Below, one piece after another: positions 7,747-14,899 of a stretch of DNA of 14,899 nucleotides (position 1 is its first letter; each line of letters opens with the position of its first letter). The notes beneath the pieces are model-generated. The model ran no database searches. It was not told the DNA's origin and saw only the letters and a list, made by a program, of their open reading frames with translations. Made by a program: the position numbers and the translations under genes. Source of the DNA: Pseudomonadota bacterium (GTDB lineage: Bacteria; Bdellovibrionota_B; Oligoflexia; Oligoflexales; CAIMVM01); NCBI GenBank assembly GCA_037142195.1, contig JBAXBA010000086.1, positions 1 through 14,899 on the forward strand. Direction: 5' to 3'.

Positions 7747-8508
7747 ATGAATGCAGCCTACCGACGAGGAGTTCTTTTTTTAGCACTTAGTTCAGCTCTA
7801 TTTAATCTCGCGGGATGCGGAAAAGCAAAGTATGTTCCAGTTGTAAAGCCAGTTCCAATTAGAATGGAAGACGGATCAAAAGGTGCTACCCCCTCTAGCC
7901 AGGAAGAAGCCTCGAAGTATTTTAAAGAAACATTGACTCCAGAAATGAATTTAAATTGTTCAGGTTGCCATAGGGTTGGTGGAATTGCGCCAACGTCTAT
8001 CTTTAATTTTCAAGATGCATCCGAATTGGCTCTAGCAGGAACCTTGCTAAGTAAGCCCAATGGGGAGTCTCATGGAGGCGGGAAAATTTGTAAGGGTGGA
8101 TCACCATGTGCTGAAATCGAGTCCTTCTTGAAGCTAATCCATTCATCTACTACACCGACGCCAACACCGACGCCAACACCGACGCCAACACCGACGCCAA
8201 TACCAACAGTGGATCTAGCAAAAATCTTTAATGAAGTCGTGTTGCCAGAACTTAGGGACAAAAAAAGTTGTTCAGGATGTCATGGGGTTTTTGCGCCAGA
8301 AACTATTTTTGATCTTGATAAGGCTCTTAGCTGGATCAAATCAGGCAACTCCGAATCTGACAATACATTTATTAATAAGCCTTTAGGCAATTCTCATGGT
8401 GGGGGCGTAGTCTGTGAGTCTAGGTTGGCTACCCCGTGCCTTCAAATTGAAAATTGGGGTGCAGAGGTGAGAAAGCAAATTATTCCATCTGGCCGTGAAG
8501 AAAGATAG
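7747..8508 (+). CDS. Lipoprotein with two duplicated c-type heme-binding domains (di-heme cytochrome c-like) and a Pro-Thr linker
   Basis: Lipobox LAG-C. CSGCH at 7957-7971 and 8269-8283. Both halves share CSGCH..AP.(S/T)IF...KP.G.SHGGG..C...PC..IE. ATG 7747 is preferred over 7732 because of GAGGA at 7734-7738. Confidence 0.75.
   Translation: MNAAYRRGVLFLALSSALFNLAGCGKAKYVPVVKPVPIRMEDGSKGATPSSQEEASKYFKETLTPEMNLNCSGCHRVGGIAPTSIFNFQDASELALAGTLLSKPNGESHGGGKICKGGSPCAEIESFLKLIHSSTTPTPTPTPTPTPTPTPIPTVDLAKIFNEVVLPELRDKKSCSGCHGVFAPETIFDLDKALSWIKSGNSESDNTFINKPLGNSHGGGVVCESRLATPCLQIENWGAEVRKQIIPSGREER
8152..8199 (+). repeat. Tandem repeat (ACACCGACGCCA)x4 encoding a TPTP linker
   Basis: Four perfect 12-bp copies at 8152, 8164, 8176 and 8188, followed by a degenerate partial copy (ATACCAACA). 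Confidence 0.95.
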
Positions 8509-8742
8509 CATCCACTTTTATTTATGACTAAAATGTTCTTAGATTGGACTGCTAAACTATTTATAAATAGACTGTTTATGGTGGTTTACAGAGTAAGATG
8601 TAAACCTAATATCCGGATTGTTTTAAAAAATTATGAAAACTAGTTTAGATGCGGCGCGTCTATTTGAATAACCGAGTAGCTATTGTAGAATTCCTCATCG
8701 GCATTGAGTCAGAATACAACAGCTATTTGGGTTCGATTTCTG

Positions 8743-10020
8743 CTAATCTACCCGCTTAATGGCAGCTCCGAGCTCTAAGAGTTTCTTTTCAACATTAAAG
8801 TAGCCTCTCTCGACTTGATAAATGTTGTCAATTTTTGAAGTGCCCTTTGCAATACAGGCAGCCATAATCATCGCCATTCCCGCGCGCACATCAGGGGAAC
8901 TCATCTGAGAGGAATAAAGTTGAGAAGAGCCTGTAACGACGATACGATGGGGATCACACAAAACGATATTTGCGCCCATATTGATCAGTTTGTCGGTGAA
9001 AAACATTCTTCCTTCAAACATTTTTTCAAAAAAAATCATGGTACCGCTGGCTTGAGTTGCCGCTGTTATGGTGACACTCATTAAGTCGGTCGGAAACGCT
9101 GGCCAAGGGCCTGAATAAATGGTGCCTATTCGCCCGGAAATATCATTTGCTATTTTGAGAGGCGAACTTCCATCGATTTCCAGCCAATTTTCACCAACTA
9201 CCGGCTTTATACCAATTCGTTCCCAAGTTTTTAATGCGAATCTTAAGTCGGAAACTTTGACATCTTTAATTCTTACACGACCGCCGCCAATTGCCCCTAG
9301 GCATAGGTAACTTCCCACCTCCATGAAGTCGGGCCCAATCTGATGGGTCGTGCCATGAAGACTGGTTACGCCTTCAATGTCGATTCGATTGCTTCCTACC
9401 CCTTGGATTTTAGCTCCCATGCTAATGAGCATCTCGCAAAGTCCCACTACATGCGGTTCACTCGCAGCATTATGGATGACCGTCGTTCCTTCGCATAAGA
9501 CAGACATCATAAGGATGTTTTCAGTAGCTGTCACTGAAGGTTCATCTAAAACAATCTCAGCTCCCCTAGCTTTGGTGACCTTTCCCTCAATGATATGGTG
9601 CCACTCAAGACTCGCTCCGAGTGCCGTAAGGCCTTCGAAGTGAGTATCGATACGCCTTGCTCCAATAACATCCCCTCCAGGTGGTGCTAGTTTTACTCGA
9701 CCAAAGCGCCCTAAAAGAGGACCCATCAATAATATGGCGGCCCTAATCTTAGTGCATAGGTCTTCTCGCGGACTAGTGTGCTTTATATTTTTCGCTTCTA
9801 TGCTTAGGCAGTCATCAGAGGTCCATTCCACGTTTCCGCCCATGTCCTTGATGATCTCACATAAGGTTAAAACATCTTGAATTTTTGGAACCCGCTTTAA
9901 ATGAACAACTTCTGAGGTCAATAGGCATGCGGCTAATACGGGCAAAGCTTCATTCTTATTTCCAGCTGGAGTGACTTCCCCAGACAATCTTCTTGAACCC
10001 TCAATAATATAACTAGACAA
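8743..10020 (-). CDS. murA: UDP-N-acetylglucosamine 1-carboxyvinyltransferase MurA (Asp at the catalytic Cys position)
   Basis: GNKNEALP, PPGGDVIGARRIDTH, SVTATEN, NAASEPHV, PWPAFPTDL, MFEGR, PDVRAG and VERGY motifs. TTG start preceded by AGGAGG on the minus strand. Confidence 0.96.
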   Translation of the reverse strand: MSSYIIEGSRRLSGEVTPAGNKNEALPVLAACLLTSEVVHLKRVPKIQDVLTLCEIIKDMGGNVEWTSDDCLSIEAKNIKHTSPREDLCTKIRAAILLMGPLLGRFGRVKLAPPGGDVIGARRIDTHFEGLTALGASLEWHHIIEGKVTKARGAEIVLDEPSVTATENILMMSVLCEGTTVIHNAASEPHVVGLCEMLISMGAKIQGVGSNRIDIEGVTSLHGTTHQIGPDFMEVGSYLCLGAIGGGRVRIKDVKVSDLRFALKTWERIGIKPVVGENWLEIDGSSPLKIANDISGRIGTIYSGPWPAFPTDLMSVTITAATQASGTMIFFEKMFEGRMFFTDKLINMGANIVLCDPHRIVVTGSSQLYSSQMSSPDVRAGMAMIMAACIAKGTSKIDNIYQVERGYFNVEKKLLELGAAIKRVD

Positions 10021-10037
10021 AAAAACCTCCTAAAAAT

Positions 10038-12812
10038 CTAGCTTAATAAATCAATGATATCTTTACGAGACATAGTTTTGAAGAGTTCTTCATCTCTTTC
10101 TAGGAAGTTTTTAAACAGAGCTTGCTTAGACGCAATCAAACGATCTATTTTTTCTTCCAATGTGCCTCGTGTGACTAATTTCATCACCTGGACAAACTTT
10201 TTCTGTCCAATTCGATGAACCCTATCAGTAGCTTGGTTTTCTTTTGAAGCATTCCACCATCGGTCATAGTGAATTACAACTGAGGCAGCGGTTAGATCAA
10301 TTCCTATTCCGCCAGCTAAAAGACTTCCTACAAAAATTTTCTTATCGGGATCTGTTTGGAATCGTGCAATTACTTGGCCTCTGTTCTTAGTTTGACCAGT
10401 CAAACTTTCATATCCAATCTTTTGTTGGGATAGCCATTTAGTGATGATATTAATCATACCTACATACTGCGAGAAAATTACAATTTTGTTATTTGATTCT
10501 AGGGACTCTGAAATCAATTCTTTAAGCAGTTCAAATTTCCCGCTGTCCATGGAAAGCGGGTCCTGTCCTGGCTTTACTAACCCGGGGTGGTCGCAGATTT
10601 GTTTTAAAAGCTGTAGTGTGCTAAAAACATGCAAATAGGGAACTGGAGCAGAATCATTTGAAAGTTGATCAATTAATGGTTTTGCTCTTAAAGCAATAAT
10701 CTCCTGGTAGAGTTCGCTTTGGATCTTTGAAAGTGAGCAATGACGGATGTCTTCTACTTTGGAAGGCAAATCGGTTAGAACCTGATCCTTAGTTCTTCTC
10801 ATCTTAAATGGGTGAATGAGGCGCTGCAGCCGCTCAATATTATCTGGTATTGATGGTTCCGTCATATAGTGTTTTCGATAAAAGTCATCTGATCCAAGAT
10901 ATGCAGGAAGTATAAAGTCAAATATTGCCTTAAGCTCACCCAGGTGATTTTCCATTGGGGTACCCGTTAAACAAAGCCTCATCTTTGCTTTGATTTGGCA
11001 AACAGCTTTGTAGGTTTCCGTGCTGTTATTCTTTACCAAATGTGCTTCATCTAAAATGACTAAATCCCAATTGATTTGTGAAATGTGTTTTAAGTCTCGA
11101 AGTAGGACACCATAGCTAGTGAGTACCACTTTGCCGCTGGTGAATTGACTGCTCATTTGCGCTATTCTTTTCGAACCATGTTGCTTAATAGAATGCAAAT
11201 TTGGGCAGAATTCATCTAGTTTATCTTGCCAGTGATCAAGAACGGTAGTTGGACAAATGACTAAAAATCTTGGTTTGCCATCGTTAGATTTCGACTGAAT
11301 TGCTGTCATTAGAGCCATAGCTTGATGGGTTTTTCCTAGACCCATATCGTCGGCTAAAAGGCCATGTAAGCCGTTTGTATATAGCCACCACATCCATTGC
11401 AAGGCATCGGTTTGATAGGGACGAAGTGCTAATTTAGATTCTGAGATTGAAGGAAATTCGTCTGATTCAACATAGTTAGAACGTTTTGAAATATGGTCAA
11501 GAACTTTTTTTGATCCTGCAATTTGATCAAAATGTCCGACACTCGCCTGTAGTCTAAGAAGCGCCAAACTGTCGAGTTTAAGGTGTGTTTTATCCGAATC
11601 CAATTGCCAATTAAACTCTTTCAAAAAGTCGGGAATCTTTATCCAAACTTTATCTTTTCTAATATAACTACCTTTCTTCTTTTGAATGGCTATCAACAAC
11701 TCGGAGAGCGAAACCGTTGATTTGCCAACGGAGTACTCAGGCGACAAGTAAAACCAACCATCTGAAGAATCTCTGGCTGAAATCGAATTTATTTCTGGGC
11801 GTTCGACAACCATGTCTGGTGTGACTTTGAAGTCAAACCAGACCTTTCCAATGCCTTTAAAAATCCGAGCCTTAGACGAAAGAAAGAGTGGAACCTCATC
11901 TCCCGCAATTACCCTGCTAGGGTCGGTCGCTTTCCAAGGCCCCTCCGCAGCGAGCGGTGCATAGCCGACCTTTGGGATATAAACAACTTTATGGCCAGAA
12001 GCGATATCGGTTCTATCAAGACACAGAAAAGTTTTCAGCTCCTCGTCACCTTCGAGCGTAAAGAAAGTCCCCGAAGCAAAATGGGGATCACTTGGGTTTA
12101 CGAGTTTTGCTAATTCGTCGGGAAGAGCTATGGCTTTTACTACGTGAAGTTCATCAAAACCCGTATCTTTTACAATAAAACAAGTTTCATTTAAGGTCTC
12201 AAAAATTTTTAACTTTGATTTTGCTAATACATCTTTTCTTCTTAGTAAAAGCGCGAAGGCTTCTTCAGGATTTAGTTCAATTTGGTCAAATTGCTTTGCC
12301 TTTACCTCAAACTCCACTTTTAGATTGGGTCCGCGTCCTGAAATAGCCGCCTTTGTAACAGCTGACTTCTCGATTAAGGTCAAAATAGCTAAATTATTTC
12401 CAATCGGCTCTTTGGATTCCAAAGTGTTGCTGTCAGGGCCTTTGGGTCTTTTTGTGGGAGGGGGGGGCTTCAGCGCCATTTTCTGGTCGAGAGAGAGTAA
12501 AAAGTCTCTTTTCTCACGATCTAAATGCACTAATAGCGCGACAATATGCTCACAATATTGACCATAAGTCCTGTTTTTTTTGCACGAACACTCAACCCAC
12601 TGTATTACTGTTCCAGAGGGGTGTTTTTTTAGTCTAACTTCCAGTTTTTTATCGCCTATTCCGACAACGTCAGCTGAGACCATGGGGTCAATGAGCCGAA
12701 CATTCTTTACCCTTCCTTCTTGGTAAAGCTCCATGCCCTCATCCCAGTCAGTAGGGTCAATTAGGTTTATAAAGGATTCCAGGCGTGATCGGGAGATTTG
12801 AGATTTTTCCAC
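10038..12812 (-). CDS. SWIM zinc-finger SNF2-family (DEAH) ATP-dependent helicase
   Basis: N-terminal SWIM CSC...CEH; LRPYQ; LLADDMGLGKT (motif I); ILDEAH (II); LTGTPMEN (III); IFSQY; AGGIGIDLT; WWNASKENQATDRVHRIGQ (VI). GTG start. Confidence 0.93.
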   Translation of the reverse strand: MEKSQISRSRLESFINLIDPTDWDEGMELYQEGRVKNVRLIDPMVSADVVGIGDKKLEVRLKKHPSGTVIQWVECSCKKNRTYGQYCEHIVALLVHLDREKRDFLLSLDQKMALKPPPPTKRPKGPDSNTLESKEPIGNNLAILTLIEKSAVTKAAISGRGPNLKVEFEVKAKQFDQIELNPEEAFALLLRRKDVLAKSKLKIFETLNETCFIVKDTGFDELHVVKAIALPDELAKLVNPSDPHFASGTFFTLEGDEELKTFLCLDRTDIASGHKVVYIPKVGYAPLAAEGPWKATDPSRVIAGDEVPLFLSSKARIFKGIGKVWFDFKVTPDMVVERPEINSISARDSSDGWFYLSPEYSVGKSTVSLSELLIAIQKKKGSYIRKDKVWIKIPDFLKEFNWQLDSDKTHLKLDSLALLRLQASVGHFDQIAGSKKVLDHISKRSNYVESDEFPSISESKLALRPYQTDALQWMWWLYTNGLHGLLADDMGLGKTHQAMALMTAIQSKSNDGKPRFLVICPTTVLDHWQDKLDEFCPNLHSIKQHGSKRIAQMSSQFTSGKVVLTSYGVLLRDLKHISQINWDLVILDEAHLVKNNSTETYKAVCQIKAKMRLCLTGTPMENHLGELKAIFDFILPAYLGSDDFYRKHYMTEPSIPDNIERLQRLIHPFKMRRTKDQVLTDLPSKVEDIRHCSLSKIQSELYQEIIALRAKPLIDQLSNDSAPVPYLHVFSTLQLLKQICDHPGLVKPGQDPLSMDSGKFELLKELISESLESNNKIVIFSQYVGMINIITKWLSQQKIGYESLTGQTKNRGQVIARFQTDPDKKIFVGSLLAGGIGIDLTAASVVIHYDRWWNASKENQATDRVHRIGQKKFVQVMKLVTRGTLEEKIDRLIASKQALFKNFLERDEELFKTMSRKDIIDLLS

Positions 12813-12844
12813 ATCTGGTCCAAATAGAATGTTTTAAAAGAGAT

Positions 12845-12874
12845 ATTGTACGAAAAATTTCCTCAAAAAGCCAA
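12845..12874 (-). promoter_or_regulatory. Possible sigma70 promoter for SNF2-murA
   Basis: Minus strand TTGGCT (12874-12869) - N18 - TACAAT (12850-12845), about 30 nt upstream of the GTG start. Confidence 0.3.
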
Positions 12875-12902
12875 TAGTATTAGGGGTTCTTGTTCATTGG
12901 CC

Positions 12903-12930
12903 TCAAGAATCTAAGCCTAGTCTCCGATTG
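12903..12930 (+). promoter_or_regulatory. Possible sigma28 (FliA)-type promoter
   Basis: TCAAG (12903-12907) - N15 - TCCGATTG (12923-12930) resembles TAAAG/TCAAG...GCCGATAA and lies upstream of the CheY cassette. Confidence 0.3.
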
Positions 12931-12986
12931 TCCTTTAGATTTTAACCTTTATCTTACGTCTAAAAAAGATGCGATGGAGAAAGCGA

Positions 12987-13595
12987 ATGGTTCCCAGGGA
13001 TTTATCTAGTCACCAAATTAAGCAAGAATTCGTGGATTTTCTCACAAGTTACACCGATATGTTGACGGATCATCTTAAGGACCTTCAGCGAGAGATGGAG
13101 GTTGCGGTCGTAGATGTAATGAAACAAGTATCGCTAATAAGTGATACAAGCAGTGAGGAAGCTGGCAACGCAGTCAAAATACTTTCCGGTGAGAACGGAG
13201 AGTTTAAGGAAGTCGACGCTAAAGAGAAAATTCAAAAGGAGCTCGCGCGGGTAGATGGAAAAAGGCTTCAAGAACAGATGGGACAATCCATGCTTAAAGC
13301 GGGAAATAAATTGAAGGCAGACATGGCGCTTTTGAGTGAAGTCGATGACAAAATAAAGACTTCGGTTTTTAATATCATCGGACTTGTTTCAAACGATGAT
13401 GTGGTTCGTCAAAGGCTTGAACATGTTGGCGCAGCCAGCGTCGCTTTGCAGGTTGTAATAAAGGAGATATATACAAAACATGAAAATATTAGCGTTGAAT
13501 TGATTGAAAAAGAAATCAAGGAACTAAACGAAAAAGTCCTTAAGAGTTTCACAATGGAAGTTGAGCGCGTCGAATTTAGAAAAATATTTTCTTAG
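12987..13595 (+). CDS. Helical protein with CheZ-type DxxxQ motif (putative CheY phosphatase-like), paralogue 1
   Basis: IIGLVSNDDVVRQRLEHV (DxxxQ at 13398-13412) and C-terminal FTMEVER; coiled-coil character with no TM segment. ATG 12987 is preferred over 12969 because of GGAG at 12976-12979. Confidence 0.55.
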   Translation: MVPRDLSSHQIKQEFVDFLTSYTDMLTDHLKDLQREMEVAVVDVMKQVSLISDTSSEEAGNAVKILSGENGEFKEVDAKEKIQKELARVDGKRLQEQMGQSMLKAGNKLKADMALLSEVDDKIKTSVFNIIGLVSNDDVVRQRLEHVGAASVALQVVIKEIYTKHENISVELIEKEIKELNEKVLKSFTMEVERVEFRKIFS

Positions 13596-13603
13596 AGGGT
13601 AAA

Positions 13604-13972
13604 ATGAATAAGAAAATTTTGGTAGTCGACGACTCTAAAACGATAAGGCAGCAGGTCTCCTTCGCCCTTTCGAAAGGCGGATACCAAATAGTTGAAGCAA
13701 GTGACGGACGAAATGGGATCTCTGTTCTAAAAGAAAATTTGGACGTGGTTGCGATTATTTGCGATGTAAATATGCCACTTATGAACGGGTTAGAAATGGT
13801 AAGCGCGATCTCAAAGGATCCTAGCCTCCCAAAGTATCCCATTATCATGCTAACGACCGAGGGCGGACAAGATTCAATTCAAAAAGCAAAAGAAGCGGGC
13901 GCTAGAGGTTGGTTAGTTAAGCCATTTAACCCTGATCATCTGCTTTCGATCATAACAAAATTAGCAGTTTGA
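13604..13972 (+). CDS. cheY: Single-domain CheY-like response regulator
   Basis: KILVVDDS, ICDVNMPLMNGLE (phospho-Asp), IIMLTTE and GWLVKPF; 122 aa with no output domain; GAGGG RBS. Confidence 0.9.
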   Translation: MNKKILVVDDSKTIRQQVSFALSKGGYQIVEASDGRNGISVLKENLDVVAIICDVNMPLMNGLEMVSAISKDPSLPKYPIIMLTTEGGQDSIQKAKEAGARGWLVKPFNPDHLLSIITKLAV

Positions 13973-13993
13973 AAAATGAAGAGAGGATAGAGT

Positions 13994-14662
13994 ATGACCC
14001 AGCATGAATATCTAAAAGCAAGTAGTGTCCTCATTAACTATATCAATAAATTCTGTTCCATGCTTGAAGTTCAGCTAGAAGGGATTAAGAGTACTCTTCA
14101 AGAGACTGTTACAGGTGTTATGTCTGAAATCGAAACGATCAATGCGCTATCAGCTGAAAGCAAATCAGAGGCTGAGAAGTCTCTTGAGGAGTCATATTTT
14201 AACCCAAATAACGAAACTAAAGAGCTCTTCTCTGAAATTCAAAGTATTGCTGATAGGATTTTAGAAGGCCAACCTGAAGATGCAGGCGCCGAAGCCGACA
14301 TTTATAATCGAAATATTTTAAGATTTGGCGGGCGCTACGCAAAGCATATGGAAGCCCTAAGCCGAATTGATACATCCCTTCAAGGTCCCCTTTCTGCAAT
14401 GATGGGTGCTTTGTCGGTTGATGACAGAGCTATGCAACGAATTGAACATCTCCTCTTATCTTTGAGGGCCTTTAGAATTTCATTGGAGTACATCCTAGTG
14501 GATGCCTCGCGAAGACTTTCTTCAACGCATACAAACGCTTTGGCGGCAGATTTATTAAGTTATTCTTGGCAACTCTATTCCATGAGCGAGGAACGGAATG
14601 TCTTTCTAAAGCACTTTGAAGTCCCACAAGAAAATAGCGATTCGAAGAGTACAGACACCTAA
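13994..14662 (+). CDS. Helical protein with CheZ-type DxxxQ motif (putative CheY phosphatase-like), paralogue 2
   Basis: MMGALSVDDRAMQRIEHL (DxxxQ at 14423-14437) and YSMSEER; aligns with the 12987 protein along its length; GAGAGGA RBS. Confidence 0.55.
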   Translation: MTQHEYLKASSVLINYINKFCSMLEVQLEGIKSTLQETVTGVMSEIETINALSAESKSEAEKSLEESYFNPNNETKELFSEIQSIADRILEGQPEDAGAEADIYNRNILRFGGRYAKHMEALSRIDTSLQGPLSAMMGALSVDDRAMQRIEHLLLSLRAFRISLEYILVDASRRLSSTHTNALAADLLSYSWQLYSMSEERNVFLKHFEVPQENSDSKSTDT

Positions 14663-14709
14663 GTAAAATCAGCTAGTTATGTTTTTTAAATAAAAGTGCA
14701 TTTTTTCTC

Positions 14710-14744
14710 TTGACCAAATCACCTCAAACCCCTATAAATCGCGC
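14710..14744 (+). promoter_or_regulatory. rRNA-operon-type promoter P1
   Basis: TTGACC (14710-14715) - N17 - TATAAA (14733-14738), followed by a GC-rich discriminator (TCGCGC) and preceded by an A/T-tract UP-like region. Confidence 0.75.
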
Positions 14745-14798
14745 TCGTTATTTTTAGCTCAGCAAAATCAGGATCCCTAAAAAAGATCAATAATTTGG

Positions 14799-14833
14799 TT
14801 GACTAAGCTGAAACGAGGATGTATAAAGCGTCC
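14799..14833 (+). promoter_or_regulatory. rRNA-operon-type promoter P2
   Basis: TTGACT (14799-14804) - N17 - TATAAA (14822-14827), followed by a GC-rich discriminator (GCGTCC). Confidence 0.75.
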
Positions 14834-14847
14834 ACCCTAACCGGGAA

Positions 14848-14860
14848 GCTCTTTGAAAAC
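14848..14860 (+). promoter_or_regulatory. boxA antitermination element of an rrn leader
   Basis: GCTCTTTGAAAAC(TGAATA) just downstream of P2 matches the rRNA leader boxA consensus. The 16S gene itself is not inside the window. Confidence 0.75.
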
Positions 14861-14899
14861 TGAATAGCAAACAAGTCATTTAAATATGACGATCGTTGT

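Noticed and set aside
8152..8199. Repeat considered as a CRISPR array
   Set aside because: Contiguous 12-bp units with no spacers, in frame within a CDS, and no cas genes nearby.
8070..8261. Antisense ORF with (GV)n repeat
   Set aside because: It is the shadow of the (TP)n linker on the coding strand.
10038..12812. SNF2 helicase as part of an anti-phage system
   Set aside because: It is a SWIM-SNF2 type embedded among housekeeping genes, with no methylase, nuclease or other defence partner adjacent.
702..14399. Remaining short ORFs in the track (702, 5350, 5754, 6133, 6143, 9119, 9377, 10441, 12325, 12452, 13576, 14217)
   Set aside because: All overlap well-supported genes in another frame or strand and show no independent motifs.
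12987..14662. Flanking proteins as methyl-accepting chemotaxis receptors
   Set aside because: They have no transmembrane segments and lack the MCP hairpin signature (LLALNAAIEAARAGE.GRGFAVVA).

Overview
A gene-dense chromosomal window of mostly housekeeping genes from a diderm bacterium; the gene content is suggestive of Bdellovibrionota/Oligoflexia or a deltaproteobacterium-like lineage (inference only). From left to right: a 5'-truncated TPR protein, a LolB-like lipoprotein, a stand-alone PilB/GspE N-terminal-domain protein and murG; a tightly packed antisense gene for a secreted protein; a PabA/TrpG-type glutamine amidotransferase; a tandem QueD/PTPS-like protein; gltX; a lipoprotein with two duplicated CxxCH heme domains joined by a (PT)n linker; murA with the fosfomycin-insensitive Cys->Asp active site, downstream of a SWIM-SNF2 helicase; and a compact three-gene signalling cassette in which a CheY-like receiver sits between two paralogous helical proteins that each carry a CheZ-type DxxxQ motif. 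The window ends in a tandem-promoter plus boxA leader typical of an rRNA operon. The best candidate for an undescribed system is the kinase-less 'CheZ-like / CheY / CheZ-like' cassette. No CRISPR array, tRNA or mobile element was recognised.
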